In this document: one piece after another, positions 19,392 through 28,745 of the stretch
How positions within the stretch are numbered: position 1 is the first letter of the stretch
Layout of the letters: each line of letters starts with the position of its first letter
NCBI GenBank assembly: GCA_021776805.1
Contig: JAJFFD010000092.1
Span: 22,089 to 86,088, forward strand
Origin: Planctomycetota bacterium
GTDB taxonomy: Bacteria > Planctomycetota > UBA1135 > UBA2386
Direction of reading: 5' to 3'
DNA length: 64,000 nt
Made by a program: the position numbers and the translations under genes
The notes under the pieces: generated by a model
The model's input: only the letters and a program-made list of their open reading frames with translations
Told to the model about the DNA's origin: nothing
The model's database searches: none

Positions 19392-20795
19392 CTAACGAAT
19401 CCCGATTGAGTGACTCAAGCCGTTGCTGACGGTCACTCCCAGTTCGTTTGCCGCCCGGTCGACGACAAGCACTTGCAGATAGAAGCGCAGGCCGGACAAG
19501 GTCGCTTGGTTGGGAATCGCAATTTCCCAGTCAGCACGTCCACCCAGTTTGTCCAGGGCGAAGGCTTTGTCGACGCTCGTCAGCAGGAGGCAGCCGGGAG
19601 CGCCGAAAGCTCCTAGGTCCATGGGGAGTGCCTGTGAGGCCCAATCTCGGTCCGAAAAGCCCAGGATTCCGATCGCCCCTTCGGAGGTCGTGCTAGTCAA
19701 GTTTGCGACCTCGAGGCGGTAGGTATCGTCGACCCAGGGCATGTTTCCTGGCTTCGCCTGCAGAGCTGGGCTGCCCGCTGTGCCGGAACAAGCAAAGCCG
19801 TGAGTGTTTACCGTGGCTTGGTTCTCGAGCACCAGCTCCCAGGTTTCGTCTGGCGAACGCGTGCTCGAACCCTTCCATCCACCGAAGAGCACAAGTCGCT
19901 GCCGCTGACTGTCCAAGGCCATGTCGTGTTCGCTGCGCTTTGGCGGGGAGCGGAAGGTCTCTATCTCGTGCCAGTTCTCGCCATCCCACTCCCATAGATC
20001 GTCGCGAATACCCGCTTGGCTGAGCCCACCGAAGACCGCGATGCGCCCGCGCTGAGTGAAGGACATGGAATGAAGAGCGCGTGCGGGAGGGCTGGTGGTC
20101 GGTTGACGTTTGAGCCAGGTGGTGCCAATCCACTCCCAGGTGTCGCCCAGATAGGTGCTTCCATCCCAGCCTCCGAACAGCAGGACTCTCTTTCGCACTG
20201 GGTCGTAGGCCATGCGCATGGCGTTGCGTGGTGAAGGACTTACCGGCGGAAAGATCTCCTCCCATTGACCATTCTTGAACACCCAGGTGTCACCGAGCTC
20301 AACATCCCCATCATTGCCTCCGAAGAGGAATAGGCGCCCCTGGTGTTGTTCGTCGACTAGGTCGTGGTTGAAGCGTGGTGGTGGGCTGCCGGGAGCATCG
20401 CGTGGAAAGAGCTCTTCCCAATTCAGGCCGTCCCAACGCCAGAGGTCGTTGAGGATGCAAATCCTGCCGCAGCGACCGCCAAAGAGAACCGTGTAACCGG
20501 ATGCGCTGTTGTGGGTCAGCGCATGGGAGCCCCGTGGCGGTGGACTGTTTTGCGCAAATTCCGAACGCTGTGACCAGAGATTGCCATCCCAGACCCAGGT
20601 GTCGCGTAGATAGCTGCTCCCATCCCAGCCACCGAAGAGCACAAGGCTCCCCGTGTGGGAGTTGAAGGTCATTCGCGGGCTGAAGCGATCCTTGAGCAGC
20701 CCACCTTCTACCCAGGACTGGGACTGTGCGGACAGCCCTGCGCTGGCGAGGTAGGTCGCCAAGCACAAGCCGCTCAGTGGACGAATTGATCGCAT
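19392..20795 (-). CDS. Secreted Kelch-like beta-propeller protein with C-terminal accessory domain
   Basis: Signal peptide (LCLATYLASAGLSAQ), six repeats of (L/V)FGG..D(T/L)W.W.G..W with PxxR..H linkers. Confidence 0.85.
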   Translation of the reverse strand: MRSIRPLSGLCLATYLASAGLSAQSQSWVEGGLLKDRFSPRMTFNSHTGSLVLFGGWDGSSYLRDTWVWDGNLWSQRSEFAQNSPPPRGSHALTHNSASGYTVLFGGRCGRICILNDLWRWDGLNWEELFPRDAPGSPPPRFNHDLVDEQHQGRLFLFGGNDGDVELGDTWVFKNGQWEEIFPPVSPSPRNAMRMAYDPVRKRVLLFGGWDGSTYLGDTWEWIGTTWLKRQPTTSPPARALHSMSFTQRGRIAVFGGLSQAGIRDDLWEWDGENWHEIETFRSPPKRSEHDMALDSQRQRLVLFGGWKGSSTRSPDETWELVLENQATVNTHGFACSGTAGSPALQAKPGNMPWVDDTYRLEVANLTSTTSEGAIGILGFSDRDWASQALPMDLGAFGAPGCLLLTSVDKAFALDKLGGRADWEIAIPNQATLSGLRFYLQVLVVDRAANELGVTVSNGLSHSIGIR

Positions 20796-20865
20796 GGGCG
20801 CCGACACGCAGGGGAGTCGAGTGAAACCGAAATGCAACCAGAGCGCCCCAGTTGGAACTAGTCGC

Positions 20866-21414
20866 TCAGGCGGGGACTACGGAAAGTTCGGAATCCACCT
20901 CGTGTTGGAGGAGGTTTTGGATGGCCATCAAGGTTCCGGCGATGGAGCTGGGACAGCTGCCGCAGGCACCCTGATAACGGATTTGTAGAGTCTTGCCGAC
21001 GAGTCCGAGGACTTCGAGGCCGCCGCCATCGCCTGCCAAAGCGGGTCGAACGCGGTCGTCCAGCAGATCGTTTATTTGGACGAGCATTTCTGCGTCGTCG
21101 CCCGAAGCGGTTGCCTTCTCGTCGCCTTCTGAGTTGCTGCCCTCGATGACCGGTGAACTCGAGGCTTCGATGACTTTGGTGGCCTCTTCATGCACTGCTC
21201 GCCAGTCGGCGGCGGCCGTCATGGAGATCGTCACGAAGCGGTCGCAGAAGAAGAGGGTTTCGACACCCGTTATGGCGAATAGGGCCTTGGCCAGATCATT
21301 GCCCTCGGCCTGATCTACGTTTGCGAGATGCTGACTGCCCTGGCAGAGAACTTCGTCAACCACGAACTTGAATGCGTTCGGGTTGGGAGTCGATTGGATG
21401 CTTTGTACCTTCAT
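20866..21414 (-). CDS. NifU/Nfu family Fe-S cluster carrier
   Basis: TPNPNAFKF (Nfu_N), VRPALAGDGG, YQGACGSCPSS. Confidence 0.93.
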   Translation of the reverse strand: MKVQSIQSTPNPNAFKFVVDEVLCQGSQHLANVDQAEGNDLAKALFAITGVETLFFCDRFVTISMTAAADWRAVHEEATKVIEASSSPVIEGSNSEGDEKATASGDDAEMLVQINDLLDDRVRPALAGDGGGLEVLGLVGKTLQIRYQGACGSCPSSIAGTLMAIQNLLQHEVDSELSVVPA

Positions 21415-21430
21415 TGCTTTTGTGCCGTGA

Positions 21431-22732
21431 TTATCCCTGGCTGCTTTCGATGGGGGAAGCTCCCTCGGTGAATTCTGCCCGCATGAGAGCTGCTCTCGCG
21501 TGTCCAGGGAGGCCCTCGAGTGTCGCTAGATCGGCTGCGTCCCTTGCCAAGGCCCTTAGATCAGCTCCGCCTTCGAGTTGCAGCCAAGTGGTGATTCTCA
21601 GGAAGTCAAAGACAGAAAGGCCGCCGCGCTGCCTGGCGCGCCCTTCGGTGGGCAGGACGTGGTTGGGGCCAGCAGCGTAGTCGCCGAGGACTTCTCCCGT
21701 AGCTTTACCCAAAAAGAGGCTGCCATAGTTGTGCAGTCGGCTGCCGATAGCCTCTGGATTGATGGTCATCACCTGCAGGTGTTCCGGCGCGATAGCGTCA
21801 GCGAGATCGCAGGCTTCGGATAGTTCGGCGACCTTGATGGCTGATCCGGATTCGAGGGCGCGGCCAGCAATTTCGGCAGTAGCCAGAGATCTGAGCTGAA
21901 GCTCGATTTCGCGGCGAGCCGCGGCGATGAGATCCAAGTCATCGCTGAGCAAGTAGGGCCGAGCCAGAGGGTCATGCTCGGCCTGGGCGATGAGATCAGC
22001 AGCGATCAGACGGGGATCAGCATGCTTGTCAGCGATGATCAAGAGCTCCGATGGTCCGGCCAACATGTCGATGGCGACGCGTCCCGCAAGCAGTTGCTTG
22101 GCTGCGGTAACCCAGGCATTGCCGGGCCCGCAGACCATGTCGCAGGCCGGTATCGGGCCCGCACCAAGAGCCATGGCGGTGATGGCTTGGGCGCCACCGA
22201 GGACCACGAGTCCACTGGTATTTGCAAGGGCCGCGCAAGCCTGAATCAGTTTTCCAGGGTTTGGAGAAGCCACCCAAACCTCTTTGACGCCGGCAACCCT
22301 GGCGGTGCACACAGTCATGAGCAGGCTCGACGGCAGAGGGTGACGTCCCGCAGGCACATAGCATCCAACTCGATGCATTGCTTGGACCCGGTGCCCAGCC
22401 CTGCCACCGGGAATGGTATGGTCCAGGTCGCTGAGACTTGCCCGCTGAGCTTCAGCAAACTTTCGGATGCGTGCGGCGCTGCGCTCGAGGATTGCGCGTT
22501 CTTCGGGATCCAGTTCCTCGAGCGCTTGGGTCAGTTGGGGGGCTGGAATGATCAGAGCTTGATTCGGATGCAGATCATCGTGTTCCCTGGCCAAATCCCG
22601 AACAGCGCTCTCACCTTCGGATTCGATGCGGTCAATCATCTCCGCGGTCTTGGCGAGGATATCGGGTGAGAGGCTGCTACGCGGTCGATTCAGCAGCTCT
22701 TCGCGAGTACACAGCGGCAAGAGAGTTGCCAT
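21431..22732 (-). CDS. hisD: Histidinol dehydrogenase
   Basis: GCYVPAG, GGAQAI, GPGNAWV..AK, IDMLAGPSE, AQAEHD, APEHL, GDYAAGPNHVLPT. Confidence 0.97.
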   Translation of the reverse strand: MATLLPLCTREELLNRPRSSLSPDILAKTAEMIDRIESEGESAVRDLAREHDDLHPNQALIIPAPQLTQALEELDPEERAILERSAARIRKFAEAQRASLSDLDHTIPGGRAGHRVQAMHRVGCYVPAGRHPLPSSLLMTVCTARVAGVKEVWVASPNPGKLIQACAALANTSGLVVLGGAQAITAMALGAGPIPACDMVCGPGNAWVTAAKQLLAGRVAIDMLAGPSELLIIADKHADPRLIAADLIAQAEHDPLARPYLLSDDLDLIAAARREIELQLRSLATAEIAGRALESGSAIKVAELSEACDLADAIAPEHLQVMTINPEAIGSRLHNYGSLFLGKATGEVLGDYAAGPNHVLPTEGRARQRGGLSVFDFLRITTWLQLEGGADLRALARDAADLATLEGLPGHARAALMRAEFTEGASPIESSQG

Positions 22733-22733
22733 C

Positions 22734-23990
22734 TCAGTAGCCCTCCTGGACAGATGACCGCTTGGATTCTCGGTTGCGGCGCGCTAGCTCGCCTGCAGCT
22801 GCGGCGAGATCTACGCCGGAGCGACGCATGGCGACCATGGCGAAGTACAGCAGGTCGGCAGCCTCCCAGATCGCGTTGTCCAGGTTGGGGGCATCGGCGA
22901 GTTCGCCAGCCTCTTCGAGTAGCTTGGATCGCAGCAGATCGGGATCGGACAGAAGTCTCTGTGTGTAGGAATCTCCGGACTTGGCTTGGCTGCGCGAGAG
23001 AATTGTGCCTTCCAGGAGACTGAGTCCATCACTGTCATTCCAGCAGTTGCGAGTCTGGTGGTGACAGAATCCGGGTTCTGCTTGGCGTACGATGAATCGC
23101 AGGCAGTCGCGGTCGCAGTCGAGATCAATGCGCAGCAGCTCCTGGCTGGCTCCTGAGGATTCACCTTTGATCCACAGGCCCCGCTTGCGTGAATGGTAGA
23201 CGCCACGCTTTGACTTGCAGGCTTCCGCTAGACTGGCTGAGTTGGAGTAGCAGAGCCCCAGGGCGCGGCCCAGTTCATCGCAGACCACAGTGGGCCAGAG
23301 ACCATCAGGTCGATCTGAGAGGAGAGGAGCTGCAATCGCTGACGATAGCGGCAGGTCACCCTTGTAGATGGCCATGCCCACTTGGGAGTCCATACCAGCT
23401 CGATCAAGGGCTGCGATTTCAGCTGCCGTGCTGATCCCGCCGGCTATGGTGATTCGGGCCTTGGAGGCGAGCTTCGCCAACTCTTCAGCATACTTGAGTT
23501 GGGTTCCCTGCATGCGTCCTTCCGATTCGATGAAGGTGATCAGGAAGCCGCCAACGAGGGCATCGAGCTTCGGCAGTTCATCCTCGATCCGCTTCCCAGT
23601 CGCCTCCTGCCAACCTTTCACATGGATCTCGCCTTCACGGGCGTCGAGGGCCGCGATGACTCGCTCCCTTGGAAGTTTGGACAGCACATCGGGAGTTGCT
23701 GCCGTGCCAAGGATCACCTTCGAGGCGCCGTGGTCGAGCCATTCCCAGGCTTGGTCGGAGCTGCGAATTCCGCCGCCTACGCGGCAGCGGTACTTGCTGA
23801 CGAGTTGCCTGATGACTTGAGTGTTGTCACCCGTGCCCATAGCGGCGTCGAGGTCGATGACGGCGATTTCACCAGCAAGGGCGAAGGCTTCGGCGATGGG
23901 CTGTGGATCTCCGGCATCGATGGCCAGAGTTTTGCCACCAACCAACTGTACCGCCCGTCCGTTCTGTACATCGATGGATGGGATGATCAT
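22734..23990 (-). CDS. hisAIE: Trifunctional HisA-HisI-HisE fusion
   Basis: HisA barrel (IIPSIDV..G.AVQL, IDLDAA, VGGGIR, ILGTAA), HisI (SRKRGLWIKGESSG, DCDRD, FCH..RNCW), HisE (SYT..L, KLLEEAGE, WEAADLLY). Confidence 0.9.
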   Translation of the reverse strand: MIIPSIDVQNGRAVQLVGGKTLAIDAGDPQPIAEAFALAGEIAVIDLDAAMGTGDNTQVIRQLVSKYRCRVGGGIRSSDQAWEWLDHGASKVILGTAATPDVLSKLPRERVIAALDAREGEIHVKGWQEATGKRIEDELPKLDALVGGFLITFIESEGRMQGTQLKYAEELAKLASKARITIAGGISTAAEIAALDRAGMDSQVGMAIYKGDLPLSSAIAAPLLSDRPDGLWPTVVCDELGRALGLCYSNSASLAEACKSKRGVYHSRKRGLWIKGESSGASQELLRIDLDCDRDCLRFIVRQAEPGFCHHQTRNCWNDSDGLSLLEGTILSRSQAKSGDSYTQRLLSDPDLLRSKLLEEAGELADAPNLDNAIWEAADLLYFAMVAMRRSGVDLAAAAGELARRNRESKRSSVQEGY

Positions 23991-24745
23991 GTTCGAACCT
24001 CTATGCCAGCCTTGGCCAAATCCGCCTTGAGAGCGGCCAGGGTGGTCGTCTTGTAATGGAGGATGGATGCTGCCAGGACAGCGTCGGCACCAGCAGAGAA
24101 GGCCTGCTGCAAGTGCCTGGCGTTGCGTGCTCCGCCGGAAGCGATGATGGGTATGCGAACGCGGCTGGCGATGGCTTGGATCAGGTCGAGGTCATAGCCT
24201 TCGCCAGTGCCGTCCCGATCATGGCTGGTGAGTAGAATCTCGCCTGCCCCGCGTGACTCGGCTTCGGCTGCCCAGTCTGCTGCATCGATGCCAGTCGCCT
24301 GGTTCCCCGAGTCGATGACGACATCCCAGCTCTCACTGTCCGCAATGCGGGCTGCATCTAGAGCGAGAACTGTGCACTGTGACCCGAAGCGAGCGGCAAA
24401 CTCATCGAGTAGCTCCGGCTGGCGCACGGCGGCAGAATTACTTGCAACCTTGTCGGCGCCACGTTCGAGCAGGGCCGCTACATCACTTGCGGCTCGCACG
24501 CCGCCACCAACACAGAGTGGAATGGAGAGTTCGGCACGAATGGACGCGACTGTGTCCAGGCAGGCGGCGCGACCCTCGGCGGTTGCGGAGATATCCAGCA
24601 TGACCAGTTCGTCGGCGCCTTGGGCTTCGTAGGCGGCAGCCAATTCTCTTGGATCGCCAGCATCGCGAAGGGACTGAAACTGAACGCCTTTGACGACCCG
24701 GCCATCGCGCACATCGAGACAAGGGATGAGTCGCTTGGTCAGCAT
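23987..24745 (-). CDS. hisF: Imidazole glycerol phosphate synthase cyclase subunit
   Basis: MLTKRLIPCLDVRDGRVVKGVQF, GADEL..LDI, GAGEILLTS.DRDGT, IASGG; start ATG 24745. Confidence 0.97.
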   Translation of the reverse strand: MLTKRLIPCLDVRDGRVVKGVQFQSLRDAGDPRELAAAYEAQGADELVMLDISATAEGRAACLDTVASIRAELSIPLCVGGGVRAASDVAALLERGADKVASNSAAVRQPELLDEFAARFGSQCTVLALDAARIADSESWDVVIDSGNQATGIDAADWAAEAESRGAGEILLTSHDRDGTGEGYDLDLIQAIASRVRIPIIASGGARNARHLQQAFSAGADAVLAASILHYKTTTLAALKADLAKAGIEVRT

Positions 24746-25365
24746 GATCCACTCCCCTCCCTCGAGCTGGCAAGCCAGCGCTTGATGATGCCCTGGCCGA
24801 GGCGACCGGAGAGTTCTGGATGGAACTGGCACGCTAGTAGGCCAGGTCCCTCGAGTGCGGCAATGAAGCTCTCGCCGTGCCTTGCGCGGGCGGCGGACCA
24901 TTTTGCTGGAGCGTGATCGAGTTTGAAGGAGTTGGCGAAGTAGCATGCGCCGGGTTGGAGTAACTGGCAGTTCTCGTCCGTTTCGATTCTGTTCCATCCG
25001 AACTGAGGGCTCGATACGGAGGCCGGGAAGCTCGTAGCGCGCCCTGGAATGAAGCCGAGGCCTTTGAAGTCCGGGCTCTCAGCACTTCCTTCGAAGAGGA
25101 TCTGCATGCCGAGACATATGGCCAGAGTACTCCTGCCCTGTGAAAGGCGTTCGAGGAGTGCTTGGTCCAAGCCCTTCGCCTGCATTTCGCTGATGGCGGC
25201 TCCGAAAGCACCAACTCCTGGTACTACCAACATGGGTGCACTCAGAATCTGTTCGGGTGATGAACTCAGATGCGGTTCGATACCCTGTCTGCGGAAGGCG
25301 GCTGTGATCGAAGCCAAATTGGCGACTCCAGTGCGCATAATGACGAGTTCAGGGTTCGACATCAC
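24739..25365 (-). CDS. hisH: Imidazole glycerol phosphate synthase glutaminase subunit
   Basis: NLASI, PGVGAFG, ICLGMQ, GWN, QFHPE.S. Confidence 0.95.
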   Translation of the reverse strand: MMSNPELVIMRTGVANLASITAAFRRQGIEPHLSSSPEQILSAPMLVVPGVGAFGAAISEMQAKGLDQALLERLSQGRSTLAICLGMQILFEGSAESPDFKGLGFIPGRATSFPASVSSPQFGWNRIETDENCQLLQPGACYFANSFKLDHAPAKWSAARARHGESFIAALEGPGLLACQFHPELSGRLGQGIIKRWLASSREGSGSC

Positions 25366-25949
25366 AGCTGCCCTTTTGTGCTGGGAATGGAGGCGCTATC
25401 GCCTCGCGCAATGGCTTGCCTGAGGGCGAGTGCCAAGGACTTGAACGCAGCTTCGCTACGGTGATGGTCGTTCTCGCCCTGCAACATCTCAGTGTGCAAG
25501 GTGGAGCGACTGGCCATGGCCAGGGAGCGCAGGAAGTGGCCGATGTTCTCGCAGGCGAGGCTGCCCAGGGTTGGCCGGACCAAGTCCAGTTCCACTCGCG
25601 CGTAGGGGCGGCCGCTGAGATCGATGACCGTTCTGGCCAATGCCTCATCCAAGGGTGCGTAGGCGGTGCCAAAGCGGGCCAGACCCTTGCGGTCACCGAG
25701 GGCTTGGTCGATCGCGCCGCCTAGAGTAAGCGCGCAGTCCTCCGCAGAGTGATGGTCATCGATCTCGAGATCGCCCCTGCATTCGAGATCGATATCGATA
25801 CCCGAGTGCTTGCTCAATGTGGTGATCAGATGGTCGAGGAACCCGATCCCACTGGCAATGCGGCTTTCGCCCTGGCCATCAAGATTGATGCGTACGCTGA
25901 CGCGAGTCTCGGAAGTCTGGCGCGTTTGTTCGGCACAGCGATCATTCAT
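25362..25949 (-). CDS. hisB: Imidazoleglycerol-phosphate dehydratase (monofunctional)
   Basis: RQTSET, GFLDHL, IDDHHSAED, PLDEAL, NDHHRSEAAFK, PSTKG. Confidence 0.97.
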   Translation of the reverse strand: MNDRCAEQTRQTSETRVSVRINLDGQGESRIASGIGFLDHLITTLSKHSGIDIDLECRGDLEIDDHHSAEDCALTLGGAIDQALGDRKGLARFGTAYAPLDEALARTVIDLSGRPYARVELDLVRPTLGSLACENIGHFLRSLAMASRSTLHTEMLQGENDHHRSEAAFKSLALALRQAIARGDSASIPSTKGQL

Positions 25950-27673
25950 TGCAGGAGATTCTCCAGTTCGTCGGTCGCGGAAAGGACGCAGGCAGCGCCA
26001 GAGGCGATCAGCCTGTCTCGGCTGAGTTGGGGGTCGCTGCCGGGGGGCACGACTCCTATGGGGAGGACGCTTGCAGCTCTGGCTGCGGTGATGTCGTCGG
26101 GGAAGTCGCCGAGCATCCAGGCGCTTTGCACGCCCGTCGCTTGCATTGCCTTGTGCAGGATTGCGGGGTCAGGCTTGGGTGGGCCGTCTTCCATGCAGAG
26201 GACCGCCTGGAAGTACTGGCCTATGTCCTGTTCTGCGAGGAATCGTTCAGCATCTACGCGCGGGCGGCCGGTGACAATCGATAGAGGGTAGCGCTTGGCC
26301 AATCGAGCCAGAGTCTCGCATGAGACCGCCAGGACTTCGTTTTCACGGAGACCTGGACGGCCATCTCCTCCTTGGTAGAAGGACTCGAAGCGTGCGGTGA
26401 CTTCTGAGAGGCTTAGATGCTTGCCGGCCCGCTCGAGAATCCGCTGGGTGAGCAGCCAGTCGTTGTTGCTACCGGCTTCCGCCTTTGCGCTGCTGATTGC
26501 CTGCATGCTGAGTTCGAGTCCCCAGCTCCTGGCGGTCGCCTGGATGGCCAGACGATAGGATCCGGACACATCGGCCAGGACTCCATCCATGTCGAAGAGC
26601 AGGCCCTCTGGTTGCAGGCAGGTAGAGATTGCCTGCCGTAGCCTGATAAACTTCCCCTCGGAGCAGGGGCAAGTGATGCGCAGGCTATCACGCAATTGTG
26701 GCTCACTTGGAAAGGCCCGAACGCTTATGCTCATGGCTGCCAGTCCCTGGTGCAGCCACTTCGCTCGTTTGCCTCTCGCGAGAACGAAATTCCCCTTCGA
26801 CTCTTCTGCCTCGAAGCCTTGTTCCAGCAGGTCGCGGCGAAGCTCTTGTCGTTCAAATTGCACGCGAGGCACGGAGCGCTCTAACCAGGACTTGCCGTTT
26901 TCCAGGCATGCTCGAGCGATGGCGATCGAAGTGACGGAGACGGAGTAAGGGCTGCCAGCCTTTCTGAGGTTGTCGATAATGCTCTTGTCGGCAATCGCAT
27001 AGCCGACTCGGATTCCAGCCAATCCCCATGCCTTCGAGAAGCTGCGGAGAAGAATGCCGTTGGGTGCCGCCAGAATGGCTGGAGTTAGATCAGTGCTATC
27101 GAACTCGGCATAGGCCTGGTCGAGCACCAAGAGTGAGTTGCCTGCTGAGGCAGCCAGTTCTTCTACGAGTGCTGGGTTGACACCGAGTCCAGTCGGGTTG
27201 TTCGGGCTGACCAGGAAGAGCAGGGTGGTATCTTGATCGATGGCCGCCTGAAACTGCTCGAGAGGAAAGCTCCCACTGGACCACTCAACCTTGCAGAACT
27301 CTCCTCCAGCGAGAGCAGTGTAACGAGGCAGCATTTCAAAACTGGGCCAGTGACAGAGGGCTTTGCGTCCGGATTCCAGGTATGCACGGCAGATGCGGTC
27401 TAGTGCTTCGTCAGCACCGGCGGTGATAAGAACTTGTTCAGGATCGACACCGTGCCGGCGAGCGAGTTCTGCCTCAAGTCGGCTTGCGCTTGGATAGCAG
27501 TTCCAGGAGTTCAGGTCCTGCAAGGTTGCCTGCAGGATCCGTGGATCGGGACTCGCCCCTTCGTTGCTATCCAGCTTGAGATCCGCTGGGACAATTGTTG
27601 GCCGCTTTCGGTACTCTGCAAATCCCTGCAGGCGCCTGGCTGCTGTGGGGAGTGGCTGTGAGTTGGTTCTCAT
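25946..27673 (-). CDS. hisC: Histidinol-phosphate aminotransferase fused to a HAD-family (putative histidinol-phosphate) phosphatase
   Basis: LDSNE, GADEAL, SPNNPTG, DQAY.EF, RSFSKAWGLAGIRVGY; C-terminal FDMDGVL, VTGRP, PKPDP, GDFPDD. Confidence 0.92.
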   Translation of the reverse strand: MRTNSQPLPTAARRLQGFAEYRKRPTIVPADLKLDSNEGASPDPRILQATLQDLNSWNCYPSASRLEAELARRHGVDPEQVLITAGADEALDRICRAYLESGRKALCHWPSFEMLPRYTALAGGEFCKVEWSSGSFPLEQFQAAIDQDTTLLFLVSPNNPTGLGVNPALVEELAASAGNSLLVLDQAYAEFDSTDLTPAILAAPNGILLRSFSKAWGLAGIRVGYAIADKSIIDNLRKAGSPYSVSVTSIAIARACLENGKSWLERSVPRVQFERQELRRDLLEQGFEAEESKGNFVLARGKRAKWLHQGLAAMSISVRAFPSEPQLRDSLRITCPCSEGKFIRLRQAISTCLQPEGLLFDMDGVLADVSGSYRLAIQATARSWGLELSMQAISSAKAEAGSNNDWLLTQRILERAGKHLSLSEVTARFESFYQGGDGRPGLRENEVLAVSCETLARLAKRYPLSIVTGRPRVDAERFLAEQDIGQYFQAVLCMEDGPPKPDPAILHKAMQATGVQSAWMLGDFPDDITAARAASVLPIGVVPPGSDPQLSRDRLIASGAACVLSATDELENLLQ

Positions 27674-27683
27674 TCTCTTCGCC

Positions 27684-28550
27684 TCATTCGACGATTTGAG
27701 AGATTTCGGTCACGACAAGGTCGCTGCCACCCAGTGCCTTGAGCTCTGGAATAAGCTCCCAGAGTTTGCTGCGCGGCACGGCGGCTTTGATGGCGAAACC
27801 AAGCTCGCCGTGTAGGGGGCTAAGGGTCGGTTCCCGCATGCAGGGGAGCCTGTTGACCACTGCCTCTACGCAATCTCGGGATACGTTGAGTTCCAGGAGA
27901 ACTCGGCGCCGAGCCTCGAGAACCGCTGACAAGTGAAGAAGCAGGTCATCAATGATCTTGCGCTTTGCTGGCTGAGCCCAGGCTTGGGGGCTCGCATACA
28001 AGCGTGAGGAAGAGTGCATGATGGTCTCGATGACCTCCAATCCGTTGTCTCTCAAAGTGGCTCCGGTGGAGCTGTTGTCGATGATGCAATCAGCGTCCTC
28101 GGGAGGTAGGACTTCCGTGGCCCCGTAGCTGCGCAGCAATTGGGCATCGATGCCTTTCCGCTTGATCCACTCCTTGCTCAAGCGGAAGTACTCGGAGGCG
28201 ACTACCAGTGGGCGATCGGGGAGTTTGCCTTCCTTCAGAAGGGCGCTGGGCGCCGCGGCGACGATACTCACTGGATTCAGTCCGGTATCGAGCACTTCGA
28301 CCGCCTTGCTATCCAGTTCTGCTACCCAGTCAGCGCCGGCAAACCCCAAGTCGCGAGAACCCGTAGAGAGCATCTCTACGATGCTTTGGGGCTTTAGGAT
28401 CTTGGCGTCGATCCCGGGCAGGCGAAGGCGGGGGCGATAGTCTCTGCCATCGGCCGAGACCGGGAGACCTGCATCACGGAGAAGGTCGAAGACTGCGGCT
28501 TGCATGCGGCCCTTGGGCAGCGCCAGTCGTAGAATTGTGTTGTTCTGCAT
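27684..28550 (-). CDS. hisG: ATP phosphoribosyltransferase (long form)
   Basis: LRLALPKGRM, DLGFAGADW, ASEY, GATE, STGATLRDNGL, C-terminal regulatory domain (PTLSPL..LKALGG); start ATG 28550. Confidence 0.96.
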   Translation of the reverse strand: MQNNTILRLALPKGRMQAAVFDLLRDAGLPVSADGRDYRPRLRLPGIDAKILKPQSIVEMLSTGSRDLGFAGADWVAELDSKAVEVLDTGLNPVSIVAAAPSALLKEGKLPDRPLVVASEYFRLSKEWIKRKGIDAQLLRSYGATEVLPPEDADCIIDNSSTGATLRDNGLEVIETIMHSSSRLYASPQAWAQPAKRKIIDDLLLHLSAVLEARRRVLLELNVSRDCVEAVVNRLPCMREPTLSPLHGELGFAIKAAVPRSKLWELIPELKALGGSDLVVTEISQIVE

Positions 28551-28614
28551 CGCTGGGAATCTCATTGGGGTTGGACCCGGCTCCCGGCGTCTGTTCGTGA
28601 ACAACAGTGTACAC

Positions 28615-28644
28615 AAAAAACGCCGGCCTCCAGGGCCGGCGTTT
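28615..28644 (-). terminator. his attenuator terminator
   Basis: Minus strand AAACGCCGGCC-CTGGA-GGCCGGCG-TTTTTT, between the leader ORF and hisG. Confidence 0.88.
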
Positions 28645-28672
28645 GTGGCGGCATGCGATCAGCAATGCGCCT

Positions 28673-28735
28673 TCACCGAGCCCCGGAGTGGGGATGATGG
28701 TGATGGTGCAGGTGCTGAGGGATGCGGTCGTTCAT
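28673..28735 (-). CDS. hisL: his operon leader peptide MNDRIPQHLHHHHHPHSGAR
   Basis: 20-codon ORF read by hand (below the ORF-track cutoff) with 7 His codons, directly upstream of the terminator and hisG. Confidence 0.9.
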   Translation of the reverse strand: MNDRIPQHLHHHHHPHSGAR

Positions 28736-28745
28736 GGGGGCGAGG

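Noticed and set aside
18507-20837. tRNA-Leu(CAA) as an integration site for the methyltransferase and Kelch genes
   Set aside because: No integrase, no duplicated tRNA 3' end seen and no obvious composition shift.
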